DNA of 64,000 bases from an uncultured Chloroflexia bacterium. Lineage in GTDB: Bacteria; Chloroflexota; Limnocylindria; Limnocylindrales; CSP1-4. The translations under genes and the position numbers were made by a program. Location of the stretch: the NCBI GenBank assembly GCA_963766735.1, contig CAVYBU010000030.1:64001-128000 (forward strand), written 5' to 3'. Under the pieces are notes generated by a model. The model was not told the origin of the DNA. It did no database searches and worked only from the letters and a program-made list of their open reading frames with translations. Positions within the stretch are counted from its first letter, which is position 1. The number at the start of each line of letters is the position of its first letter. This document shows, piece by piece, positions 39,549-48,480 of this stretch.

Positions 39549-40912
39549 ACTCTCTGGCGGGGGCCCGCTCCCTGCCGATGTGGCGGGCGTTCGGGGTCCG
39601 CGACTTCCGCCTCCTGTGGGCGAGCGAGGCCATCTCCGTCCTCGGCGACCAGTTCCACTACATCGCCCTCGCCTGGCTGGTGATCAGCCTCACCAGCTCC
39701 GGCCTCGCGCTCGGCGCTGTGCTGATCGCTGTCGCCGTGCCCCGGGCAGTCCTCATCGTGCCGTTCGGCGTCCTCGCCGACCGCCGTCCGGCCAGAGGGT
39801 TGATGGTCGCCGCCCACGTTGCGCGGGGCGTCATCGTCGGCGTCATTGCCGCCCTGGCGATGAACGGCATGGCCTCCGTTCCTGCCCTGATGGTCCTCGG
39901 CGTCCTGTTCGGTGCCGCGGACGCCCTGTACATGCCCGCCCAGCAGGCGTTCCTGCCGCGAGCAGTGGAGGCGGATCGCCTGCCGTCGGCGAACGCGCTG
40001 CTGCAGGGCACCCTCCAGCTCTCATCGATGGTGGGCCCGCCGCTTGCCGGGATCGTCATCGCGATCGCCGGCACGGGGACAGCGTTCGCCGTTGACGCTG
40101 TCTCCTTCTTCGTCGCGGCCCTCGTCATCCTGCTCATGGGGCCGGCCACGGCTCACCGGATGGCGGACCCAGCAGCCGGTGTGGCGGCGCCCGCTGGGAC
40201 CACGCAAGTTGCGACCGCGCCCGTTGAGACCGCGCCTGTTGGGACCCCGCCCGCGCCAACGGGCCGGTCGTTCAGGGCGGAGCTGGTGGACGGCATTCGC
40301 TACGTCGCGGCCGACCCCGCGGTTCGCACCCTGCTGCTGCTGGCCATGGTGCTGAACTTCGCTCTCAACGGGCCCGCGGGTGTCGGGATTCCGTGGCTGG
40401 CGCAGCGGCGTTTTGACGCGGGTCCCATGGGTCTGGCTGCCATGGAGGCGGGCTGGGCCGCGGGCGCCCTCGTGGGGATCATGCTGGCCGGCAACGTGCG
40501 GCTTGAGCGCCAGGGCCGCGCGGTCGTCGCGGCCGTTGCCGTCGCCGGCGTGATGATGGTCGCCGTCGGATTGCTGGGCTCGCTGCCGGGCGTCGTCGTG
40601 GCACTCGCCGCGGCGGGCGCCACGATCGGCTACGTGAACGTCGTCGCGGTCTCGTGGCTGCAGGGCCGCATCCAGCCCGCGATGGTCGGTCGGGTCATGA
40701 GCATCGTGATGCTCATGGGGTTCGGGATCTCGCCCCTGTCGCTGGGGCTATCGGGCGCCCTGATCGACATCGACGCGACCGCCCTGTTCGTCGGGGCCGG
40801 TGTGCTGACGGTCGCCAGCGCCGTGTTCGCGGTCGCGGTGCGCCTGCCAGCGATGCTCGACGAGAGGCCCGCTCTCGCTCAGGTGGGTGCGGCGGGCGCG
40901 GCCGGATCCTAG
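39545..40912 (+). CDS. MFS transporter (MFS_3 / macrolide-efflux-like)
   Basis: RDFRLLW, GVLADR, PAQQAFLP, GRVMS; about 12 TMs. Confidence 0.9.
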   Translation: MNSLAGARSLPMWRAFGVRDFRLLWASEAISVLGDQFHYIALAWLVISLTSSGLALGAVLIAVAVPRAVLIVPFGVLADRRPARGLMVAAHVARGVIVGVIAALAMNGMASVPALMVLGVLFGAADALYMPAQQAFLPRAVEADRLPSANALLQGTLQLSSMVGPPLAGIVIAIAGTGTAFAVDAVSFFVAALVILLMGPATAHRMADPAAGVAAPAGTTQVATAPVETAPVGTPPAPTGRSFRAELVDGIRYVAADPAVRTLLLLAMVLNFALNGPAGVGIPWLAQRRFDAGPMGLAAMEAGWAAGALVGIMLAGNVRLERQGRAVVAAVAVAGVMMVAVGLLGSLPGVVVALAAAGATIGYVNVVAVSWLQGRIQPAMVGRVMSIVMLMGFGISPLSLGLSGALIDIDATALFVGAGVLTVASAVFAVAVRLPAMLDERPALAQVGAAGAAGS

Positions 40913-40953
40913 CCAGGCTCGCCGCATGACGGCGGACGACCCTCTGGCCGACC

Positions 40954-41778
40954 TCAGCCTGCGTTGGCCGCCGGAGTTTGCCCGGCGACGCCGGGCAGCG
41001 TCACGCTGAACCGGGCGCCGCCGCCGGCCGGGGAGTCGGCGCGGATGGTCCCGCCGTGTGCGTCGACGATCCGGCGCGCGATGGCGAGACCCAGGCCCGT
41101 GCCGCCGGACCCGTGCCGGGTCGTGCCCGACAGGCGGGTGAACGGCTCGAAGATCCGCTCCCGTTCGGCAGGTGGGATGCCAGGCCCTCGATCGTCCACC
41201 TCGATCACGGCATTCCCGTCGACGCCTCGCACTCTCACCGTGACGGTCTCCCCGGGCGGCGAGTGGTCGATCGCGTTGTCGATCAGGATGAGCAGCAGCT
41301 GCACCAGGCGGTAGCGGTCGACGGTCGCCGGGACCGGCATGGGCGCGTCCATCTCGAGGCGCACGCTCCGCTCGGCGGCCAGCGCCGTGGCGCCGCGGAC
41401 GGTGTCGGCGGCGAGCGCGGCCGCATCGAGACGAACTGGCTCGACGGTCAGCCGGGTCTCGTCCCAGGCGGCCAGCTGGAGCAGCTCACCCACGAGGCCG
41501 CCCAACCGGTCCGCCTCGCCGATGATGTCGGTGAGCAGAGCATCCCCGTCGCCGGTGACCAGCGCCTCGCGCTCCAGCACCTCGGCGTTGGCGCGGATCA
41601 GCGCGGCGGGCGTGCGGAGCTCGTGCGAGGCATCCGCGACAAACCGGCGCTGGGCCTCGAAGCTCTTCCTGATCGGGACGAGCGCGCGGCCCGTGACCAC
41701 GTAGGCGATCGCCGCCGCCCCGATCAGTCCCAGCGCGCCCACGATGAGGACGGCGAGCCGGCGGCCCGCCTGCACCAC
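40954..41778 (-). CDS. Sensor histidine kinase (short N-terminus, single TM)
   Basis: H-box FVADASHELRTP, N-box LIDNA, DDRGPGIP, GGTGLGLAI; start uncertain. Confidence 0.85.
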   Translation of the reverse strand: MVQAGRRLAVLIVGALGLIGAAAIAYVVTGRALVPIRKSFEAQRRFVADASHELRTPAALIRANAEVLEREALVTGDGDALLTDIIGEADRLGGLVGELLQLAAWDETRLTVEPVRLDAAALAADTVRGATALAAERSVRLEMDAPMPVPATVDRYRLVQLLLILIDNAIDHSPPGETVTVRVRGVDGNAVIEVDDRGPGIPPAERERIFEPFTRLSGTTRHGSGGTGLGLAIARRIVDAHGGTIRADSPAGGGARFSVTLPGVAGQTPAANAG

Positions 41779-41866
41779 CCCGCCCGATCTCGGTCCGCGA
41801 CGGCGTACGCCTGCGCCGGAACCCCGTGGCCTGAGTGCGAGTGCCGGCCCGGCCTGAGTCCGATCC

Positions 41867-42625
41867 TCAGGCGGCCGGGGCGCGGAGCCACCGGAGACCG
41901 AAGCGGACGAGGTCCAGCGGCGGCGTGCCCGGCTCGGCCTGGAGACGCACGATCGGCAGATCACCCGGGGCGCCCGCCCACAGCGAGAGGGCCTGCCCGC
42001 CGACCGAACCGCGCCACCCGTCTGAGAACGCGAATCCAAGGACGCGCCGATAGGCCTCCGCTGTCGCGACGGGGTCAGGCACCGGCAGCTCCAGCGAGGT
42101 CATCCGGAGGCGCCCTCCGCCCGGATGGCGGAACGCCGCGCGGACAGCCCTCGCCTCGCCACCCCACTCGGCACCTGCATACTCGTGCTCGATCAGGAAC
42201 GGCGGCTCGGACGGGCCCAGCGGCGGGAAGGCCGTGACCCAGCGGACCACGCCACCATCCGGTCGGATCCGCGACCCCGCGACCGGCTCTCCGATCGGCG
42301 AACCGCCGGCCCGCAGGCGCCCCGCATCGCCTGTCACGTCGTCGGTGGCGAGCGCGAACGTCGCCAGCCCCTCACGGCCCTCGTCCAGCAGCGCCATCGA
42401 CGCCCGGCCCACGGCGAACGTCGTCGACGATCGGACGAGCTCCCGGTCAAACACGCCGATCAGCTCGAGGTACGTGTCGCCCAGGAAGGCGAGGCGGTTG
42501 AACGTTCCCATCGCCTCGTGGCATCCGCCGCCCGTGAACGCGAGACCGACGTCGTGCTCCAGATCGGCCGCGGCGGCATCCGGGTCCCGGACGGCGATGA
42601 CGAGGTGGTCGATCCCGAGGAGCAT
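41867..42625 (-). CDS. VOC/glyoxalase-like domain protein
   Basis: GIDHLVIAV, GGCH..GTFN..YLELI, GSRIRPDG, PFLIE. Confidence 0.85.
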   Translation of the reverse strand: MLLGIDHLVIAVRDPDAAAADLEHDVGLAFTGGGCHEAMGTFNRLAFLGDTYLELIGVFDRELVRSSTTFAVGRASMALLDEGREGLATFALATDDVTGDAGRLRAGGSPIGEPVAGSRIRPDGGVVRWVTAFPPLGPSEPPFLIEHEYAGAEWGGEARAVRAAFRHPGGGRLRMTSLELPVPDPVATAEAYRRVLGFAFSDGWRGSVGGQALSLWAGAPGDLPIVRLQAEPGTPPLDLVRFGLRWLRAPAA

Positions 42626-42642
42626 CCGCGAACGCGCCTCGC

Positions 42643-43905
42643 TCAGCCGGCCCGCTGGTCCAGGACCCGGCGGCCGCCCTTGAGCACCACCGCCGGCCGC
42701 TCCAGCACCGTGATGTCCGCCAGCGGGTCCCCGGCCACCGCCACCAGGTCCGCGTGCCGGCCCGGCGCCAGCGTCCCGACCCGGTCCGCCCAGCCCATGC
42801 ACTCCGCCGCCACGATCGTCGCGGAGCGGATCGCAGCCAACGGAGTCATCCCGAACCGGACGTAGGTCTCGAACTGCCTGGCGACCTCCTCGTGGGGGTA
42901 GACGCCGCTGTCCGTGCTGTACGTGATCCGCACCCCGCGCTCCACCGCCATCCGGAAGGCGGCCACGCCCGTATCCATCGTCTCGGCCAGCTTGCGCATC
43001 GTGTCGGCAGGCCAGTGGTCGGCTTCGCCGTGCTCCAGCGCCCACTCGCCGTCGTACAGGTCGACGCCCAGGAAGGTGCCCGAGTCCGCGATCAGGTCGA
43101 TGGTCTCCGCATCCAGCATCGAGCCGTGCTCCACGGACCGGGCGCCGGCACGGACAGCCCGCCGGGCGCCCCTGGCGCTGTGCGCGTGGACGGCGACGAA
43201 GGTGTCGTAGTGCGCCGCCTCCTTGACCGCAGCGCGCATCTCGCGCTCGGAGAGCTCCGGGGCGCCGGGGACGCCGCCGCGGGTGAGGACCGCGCCTGTT
43301 CCGATGCACTTGATGACGGTGGCGCCGCCGATCAGCAGGCGCCGGACGCGCTCCCGCACCTGCTCGGGGCCACTGACCACACCGAAGCGGAGGTCGTCCG
43401 GGAGAACGATGTCGTGGGCCAGGCCCACCACGTCTCCACCGCCCCAGGGAGCCGTGATGAATGCGCCCGCACACTGCATGCGCGGGCCTTCGATCTCGCC
43501 GGCATCGATGGCATCCCGCACGGCAATGTCGGTGAAGGCACGGAAGGGGCCCAGGTCGCGGACGGTGGTGAAGCCCGCCTGCGCCGTGACGCGCGCATTC
43601 CGAACGCCGAGCATCGCCTCCTGCGCGGCGGAGGTGGTGGTGCCGGGAACGCCGGCCGTCTGCACCTCGCCGACAAGGTGGCCGTGGGTGTCGATGAGCC
43701 CCGGCAGGACGGTGAGGCCGCCCAGGTCGATGACGGGCGTGCCGTCCGGGAGGCCGTCGTCATCCCCGAGGACAGCCTCAATTCGACCGTCGTCGACGAG
43801 CAACGTCCGGTCCGGGGTCGTCCGGCCGGTCTCGACATCCAGCAGCCGGCCGGCGCGGACCGCCAGGCGGCCGCGCGCATCGGCAAAAGGAGCGGCGATC
43901 GTCAT
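42643..43905 (-). CDS. Metal-dependent amidohydrolase (Xaa-Pro dipeptidase-like)
   Basis: PGLIDTHGH, GFTTVRDLG, VAVHAH, SVEHG, STDSG, ADLVAV. Confidence 0.9.
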   Translation of the reverse strand: MTIAAPFADARGRLAVRAGRLLDVETGRTTPDRTLLVDDGRIEAVLGDDDGLPDGTPVIDLGGLTVLPGLIDTHGHLVGEVQTAGVPGTTTSAAQEAMLGVRNARVTAQAGFTTVRDLGPFRAFTDIAVRDAIDAGEIEGPRMQCAGAFITAPWGGGDVVGLAHDIVLPDDLRFGVVSGPEQVRERVRRLLIGGATVIKCIGTGAVLTRGGVPGAPELSEREMRAAVKEAAHYDTFVAVHAHSARGARRAVRAGARSVEHGSMLDAETIDLIADSGTFLGVDLYDGEWALEHGEADHWPADTMRKLAETMDTGVAAFRMAVERGVRITYSTDSGVYPHEEVARQFETYVRFGMTPLAAIRSATIVAAECMGWADRVGTLAPGRHADLVAVAGDPLADITVLERPAVVLKGGRRVLDQRAG

Positions 43906-44129
43906 GATCGAATCGTAGCCCGGCGCCCGCAACGCCGCCCGTCTGGTCAGTGCCCGACGTGGCTGGGCGCAATTCCTAACGAACAGGTAGATCATGCATG
44001 ACGAATGCCTACGGAACCGTGGCCATTGGTGACTTGCGCCAACGATCCGAATAGGCGACGATGGAGTCGTGCAACTAGCAGCCGGCCGCCCGCGGCTGGC
44101 TTGAACCCTCAATTCCCTGGCAGGTAACC

Positions 44130-44249
44130 ATGATCCTCGAAGGCCTCATCCTCATCGCCGCATCCGCGCTGCTCCTCGCTGGTCTTGCTGCCAGCAGGAG
44201 CCCGTACGACAGGCTCGATCCCAAGCTGTGGCCCCACGTCCACCACTGA
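44130..44249 (+). CDS. Putative 39-aa single-TM small protein
   Basis: MILEGLILIAASALLLAGLAASRSPYDRLDPKLWPHVHH*; below the ORF-track cutoff; mostly GC3-rich codons. Confidence 0.5.
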   Translation: MILEGLILIAASALLLAGLAASRSPYDRLDPKLWPHVHH

Positions 44250-44356
44250 TCGATGCTGCCGACGTGTCGGTGATACCGGCGCCGTTGCGCGGCGCCGTCA
44301 GGGCCATGTAGCAGTCGGCCGCGACGACCACGACGAATGGCGCATACGATGCCGCC

Positions 44357-44935
44357 ATGAGCCTTTCTGTTCCGCCTGACCACCTCCCGTTCACCGGCAA
44401 CGATGATGCCGACCGCCTCCTCGCGACCGATCCGCTCGCTCTGCTGATCGGCTTCGCGCTTGACCAGCAGGTCACCGTCCAGAAAGCCTTTGCCGGGCCG
44501 CTCGAGCTGCGGACGAGGATTGGGTCGCTGGACGCGGCGACGATCGCGGCGATGGACCCCGAGGCACTCGATGTCGCCTTCCGCACCCCGCCGGCGCTGC
44601 ACCGCTTCCCGGGCAACATGGCCAGGCGGGTGCGCGACCTGTGCGCCGTCATCGCGGACGGCTACGGCGGCGACGCCTCGCGGGTCTGGTCCGAGGCTGC
44701 CGACGCCCAGGACCTTCACGTGCGTCTCATCGCGCTGCCGGGGATCGGCGAGATGAAGGCCGGGACGATCGTGGCGCTGCTCGCCAAGCGGTACGGCATC
44801 CGACCAGTGGGCTGGGAGGATGCCATTCCCGACTACCCCACCCTGGGAGACGTGGACTCGGCGGAGGCGCTGGCCGCCTACCAGGCCGGCAAGCGAGCAC
44901 GCAAGGCACAGCTGAAGGCCGAGGGCAAGGCCTGA
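44357..44935 (+). CDS. HhH-GPD-type base excision repair protein
   Basis: LLIGFALDQQV..KAF.GP, PALHRFPGNMA, LPGIGEMKA. Confidence 0.88.
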   Translation: MSLSVPPDHLPFTGNDDADRLLATDPLALLIGFALDQQVTVQKAFAGPLELRTRIGSLDAATIAAMDPEALDVAFRTPPALHRFPGNMARRVRDLCAVIADGYGGDASRVWSEAADAQDLHVRLIALPGIGEMKAGTIVALLAKRYGIRPVGWEDAIPDYPTLGDVDSAEALAAYQAGKRARKAQLKAEGKA

Positions 44936-45294
44936 TGTCCGATACCCAGATCCTCGCCGTCCTGGCGACCCTGGCCGGCGTGCTGATGGCGATCTCGCCG
45001 ATCCTGCAGATCCGGCGGATGCGGCGCACCCGGTCCAGCAACGACGTCTCGTTGCTGTACCTCTCCCTGCTGTGTGCCGGCTTCGTTGCATGGCTGGCGT
45101 ACGGCTGGTCGCTGGGCAACCCGGCGATGATCATCTCGAACACGGCCGCGCTCGCGTTCATGTTGATCACGATCAGCGTGGCGCTGAGGTTCCGGCGCGG
45201 CGGCGCGAAGCGGGCCGCCGCGGGCGCGGTGGCCCTGAACCCCCCGGTGCCCGACGAGATCGTCCCGGGACCGGCGACGCCGCCGGCCGAGTAG
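44935..45294 (+). CDS. SemiSWEET/PQ-loop family small transporter
   Basis: Three TMs; PILQI..RSSNDVS, WLAYG, IISN; TGATG overlap with the upstream gene. Confidence 0.82.
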   Translation: MSDTQILAVLATLAGVLMAISPILQIRRMRRTRSSNDVSLLYLSLLCAGFVAWLAYGWSLGNPAMIISNTAALAFMLITISVALRFRRGGAKRAAAGAVALNPPVPDEIVPGPATPPAE

Positions 45295-45325
45295 GAGGGG
45301 CGGGACGCAGCCGTTGGGCGGAGAC

Positions 45326-46003
45326 ATGGCATCCCCACTGAACGATCCGAAGCTCCAGGCGTTGCTTGATCGCCTGCATGCGCAAAGCGACCTGCAGGTC
45401 GAGGAGACGAACGCGTTCTTCGCCCGACGGGACCAGGAGCACCCGATCGACCAGGAGGGCTACTACACCGAGGAGATGTACCGGTTCCTCTCGGACAAGA
45501 TGGTGGCGCTCGACCGGGAGAAGGCGGAGTTCTGCTACCTGCTCTGCCGCTCGCTGGGTGCAAGGCGCGTGGTCGAAGCGGGTACCTCGTTCGGGGTCTC
45601 GACCCTCTACCTGGCGGCAGCCGTGCGCGACAACCAGGTCGAGAACGGGGTGGTGATCGGAACGGAGTACGAGCCGGCCAAGGTGGAGATCGCGCGCGCG
45701 AACTTCGACGAGGCTGGGCTGAGCGAGTTCATCGACCTCCGCGAAGGTGACCTGCGACAGACGCTGCAGGATGTCGGCGGCCCGGTGGACTTCATGCTTG
45801 TCGACATCTGGGAAGTTGCCCTGCCCGCCCTCGCGCTGGTATCCGCACACCTGCGACCCGGCGCCATCGTGGTGTGCGACAACACCGCGGTGGACATTGC
45901 CGAGTACCGCGACTACTTCGCGTTCGTGAATGATCCGGTGAACCGCTTCCGGACCATGACCGTCCCGTTCAGGGGCGGCTTCGAGCTGACCGTGCGCGTC
46001 TGA
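45326..46003 (+). CDS. Class I SAM-dependent O-methyltransferase
   Basis: VEAGTSFGVST, TEYEP.K, EGDLRQTL, VDIW, LRPGAIVVCDN. Confidence 0.9.
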   Translation: MASPLNDPKLQALLDRLHAQSDLQVEETNAFFARRDQEHPIDQEGYYTEEMYRFLSDKMVALDREKAEFCYLLCRSLGARRVVEAGTSFGVSTLYLAAAVRDNQVENGVVIGTEYEPAKVEIARANFDEAGLSEFIDLREGDLRQTLQDVGGPVDFMLVDIWEVALPALALVSAHLRPGAIVVCDNTAVDIAEYRDYFAFVNDPVNRFRTMTVPFRGGFELTVRV

Positions 46004-46042
46004 GCCACAGCACCAGCCCCGCCGAGGCGCCCCCCGAGTGCC

Positions 46043-46447
46043 TCAGCGGCGGACCAGCGTCCGGAACAGGTGCTCCAGCGTCGCCGCGGGATCGGCGGTC
46101 AGGCCCGTGTGCACGGCAGAGGGCTGGATGATCGTGGACGAGGGCGACACCAGCCAGTGGAACCGCTCGGGCGCGGCGAGCGCGGCGATCGGGCCGGCCC
46201 CCGGGTCGCCCTGCGCGATGGCCGCGATGGACAAGAGGTGCTCGCGGACGATCTCGGGGTCGCAGTCCGGCCACATGACCGCCAGCAGCTCGACGTCCAG
46301 CTCGACGCGGGCGCCCAGGAACCGGCGCGCCCGCGACATCAGCACGATCCCGGCGTTGAACGCCTCGCCCCGCTCCACTCGTGGCACCACTCGCACGATG
46401 GAGTATTCGAACGGGCTGCGCGCGACGGCCTCAGGCGGCTCGACCAC
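46043..46447 (-). CDS. DUF3037 domain protein
   Basis: FEYSIVRVVPRVERGEAFNAG, ERFHWLVSPSSTIIQPS.VHTG. Confidence 0.9.
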   Translation of the reverse strand: MVEPPEAVARSPFEYSIVRVVPRVERGEAFNAGIVLMSRARRFLGARVELDVELLAVMWPDCDPEIVREHLLSIAAIAQGDPGAGPIAALAAPERFHWLVSPSSTIIQPSAVHTGLTADPAATLEHLFRTLVRR

Positions 46448-47207
46448 GATCGGCCTCCTCCACGAATGCGCGCCGCGCCTCCAGGCGGGTGACGATGTAG
46501 TCCACGTAGGCGCGACGGTGCGCGCCGGGATCCGGCAGACCCGGTTCGGCCGGTAGCCAGTCATCGGGGATCGACGCGGCCATCTCCTCCAGCACCGCCC
46601 GATCCAGCCTCCCCGCCAGGCGTGCGTCCGCGTCCGCGATGGAGCCTGCGAACGGGAGCAGGACGTGGTCCCGGATCTGGACGAACGGCCGCCGGGCGTG
46701 TGCGTCCGGGTCCTGCCAGCTGTGATGGACATAGAGAGCGGAACCGTGGTCGATGAGGTGCAGACGGCGGTGCCAGACGATGAGGTTGGGGTTCCGCGGG
46801 GTGCGGTCCACGTTGGTCGTGAGGGCGTCCAGCCAGACGACGTCCGCGGCCAGTGCCGGATCCGGGCGCGGTCCGACGGCGGGGGCGAAGGGCAGTGCGC
46901 CGGGGAGGAAGTCCAGGCCGAAGTTCGTCCCTGCCGATCGCTCAAGCAGCTCCTGGATCTCCTGGTCGGGCTCCGCCTTCGCGAGCTCGGCGGCCAGCTC
47001 CACCAGCACGAGGTCCGGGACCGGCAGGTCCAGGTGTCGCGCGATCTCGCCGGCCAGCAGCTCCGCCACCAGCGCCTTCCGGCCGTGGCCGGCGCCCAGG
47101 AGCTTGACGACGTACAGGCCGTCGTCGTCCGCCTCCACGAGCGCGGGCACGGAGCCGCCCTCGCGCAGGGGCGTGACGTAGCGGGTGGCGATCACGGTGC
47201 GGAGCAT
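46431..47207 (-). CDS. HipA-like kinase (HipA_2 type)
   Basis: PLREGGSVP, YVVK, NVDRTPRNPNL, LIDHG. Confidence 0.9.
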   Translation of the reverse strand: MLRTVIATRYVTPLREGGSVPALVEADDDGLYVVKLLGAGHGRKALVAELLAGEIARHLDLPVPDLVLVELAAELAKAEPDQEIQELLERSAGTNFGLDFLPGALPFAPAVGPRPDPALAADVVWLDALTTNVDRTPRNPNLIVWHRRLHLIDHGSALYVHHSWQDPDAHARRPFVQIRDHVLLPFAGSIADADARLAGRLDRAVLEEMAASIPDDWLPAEPGLPDPGAHRRAYVDYIVTRLEARRAFVEEADRGRAA

Positions 47208-47322
47208 CACGGGGAGTGTAGGCCCGAGGCTGCGGCAGTTGTCCACGCGCAGCGTTCCGACATATGGTTGCATGTGCAACTAAAATCCGGGACGAGAGCC
47301 CCTCCGGACACTGGAGCGTTTC

Positions 47323-47703
47323 ATGGACGACATCATCCGCGCCGCCTTCGGGCACGACCAGGTGATCGACATCACCACCACGGGCCGCGTCACGGGCGAG
47401 GCACGGCGGATCGAGATCTTCATGCACAACCTGGGCGGGCGCCTGGTGATCAGCGGCATGCCGATGCCGGGCCGGACGCGCGCATGGCTCCGCAACCTGG
47501 AGGCGGATCCCGCGCTGACGATCCACCTGAAGGGTCCTGGCGCAGAGGCAGATATCGCGGCGACGGCACGCGTGATCACGGATCCGGTGGAGCGCCGGGA
47601 GCTGCTGGCCGGCGTCGCGGCGAACTGGAAACGGACGGACCTGGACGTGATGATCGAGCACAGCCCGCTGATCGAGGTCACGGTTCCGGGCTACCCGGCC
47701 TGA
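47323..47703 (+). CDS. Nitroreductase-family deazaflavin-dependent oxidoreductase (split-barrel)
   Basis: DITTTGRVTGEARRIEI, WLRNLEADP. Confidence 0.8.
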   Translation: MDDIIRAAFGHDQVIDITTTGRVTGEARRIEIFMHNLGGRLVISGMPMPGRTRAWLRNLEADPALTIHLKGPGAEADIAATARVITDPVERRELLAGVAANWKRTDLDVMIEHSPLIEVTVPGYPA

Positions 47704-47721
47704 GGTCGTCGGGCGCGGCTT

Positions 47722-47801
47722 GGCCGGGGTAGGTTCGACCCGGGTGGGCTCGGCCGGGGTAGGTTCGACCCGGGTGGGCTCGGCCGGGGGTAGGCTCGGC
47801 C
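47722..47801. repeat. Intergenic tandem repeat with a 15/30-bp period
   Basis: (ggccggggtaggttc gacccgggtgggctc)x2 then ggccgggggtaggctc ggcc. Confidence 0.85.
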
Positions 47802-47967
47802 CATCGATTCCGCTCCGCCTGCGAGCCTGCTTCGTGCACCTGGTCGATCTGCCCGGGATTCGAGGCCCGGCGCCTGCCCCGCGCCAACTCCGCCGCAGGG
47901 CCAGCTCGCACCCCCGCGGCAGGCAGGCGCCCTCCGCCCGCACGCGCTGGATGTGTGCGCGCTCCGA

Positions 47968-48408
47968 TCAGCCGGGCTCTTCGTCCATCAGCGCGCGAAA
48001 CCGTTCCATGGCGCCCGGCAGCTCCGTGGCGATCCGCCGCTCCGCCTCCTTGACGATGAACCCGAGGAATGGCGGCGCCGAGAGGTCCAGCTCCAGGGTG
48101 ATGCGCGTGGTCGCGGCATCGAGCGCAGCGAGCAGCACCCGGACGTTCACCTTGAGTGGCCCGCCGGACCCGGCAATGACCAGGGAGACGGGCTCCCTCA
48201 ATTCCTTGACCGTGCCGGTGATCTCGGCCCCACCGGTGGCGGGCCCCAGCTTGAGCCGCACGCGGCTGCCCGCGTGCAGCCCCGGATCCAGCAGCTCCGC
48301 CTCCACGACCTCCGGCAGCCAGCGGGGGAGATCCGGGATGCGGGTGGCGACGCGGAAGACGTCGCCGACGGGGTAGGGGAGTTCGACGGCCGTGGTGATG
48401 GTGCCCAT
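47968..48408 (-). CDS. SRPBCC (polyketide cyclase/CoxG-like) protein
   Basis: PVGDVF..IPDLPRWLPEV, C-terminal helix MERFRALMD. Confidence 0.8.
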   Translation of the reverse strand: MGTITTAVELPYPVGDVFRVATRIPDLPRWLPEVVEAELLDPGLHAGSRVRLKLGPATGGAEITGTVKELREPVSLVIAGSGGPLKVNVRVLLAALDAATTRITLELDLSAPPFLGFIVKEAERRIATELPGAMERFRALMDEEPG

Positions 48409-48480
48409 CACCGGATGGTACGGGCGCCTGCGTCTTCCCGCCTCCCGCGCCCGGCCGGGACTCCCGCCTCCGTCCCGCCG

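Noticed and set aside
44050-44075. Fluoride riboswitch-like GATGGAGT
   Set aside because: It lacks the expected P1 pairing and the downstream GACTCCT pseudoknot partner.
47722-47801. Possible CRISPR array
   Set aside because: The repeats are directly tandem with no unique spacers, and no cas genes are present.
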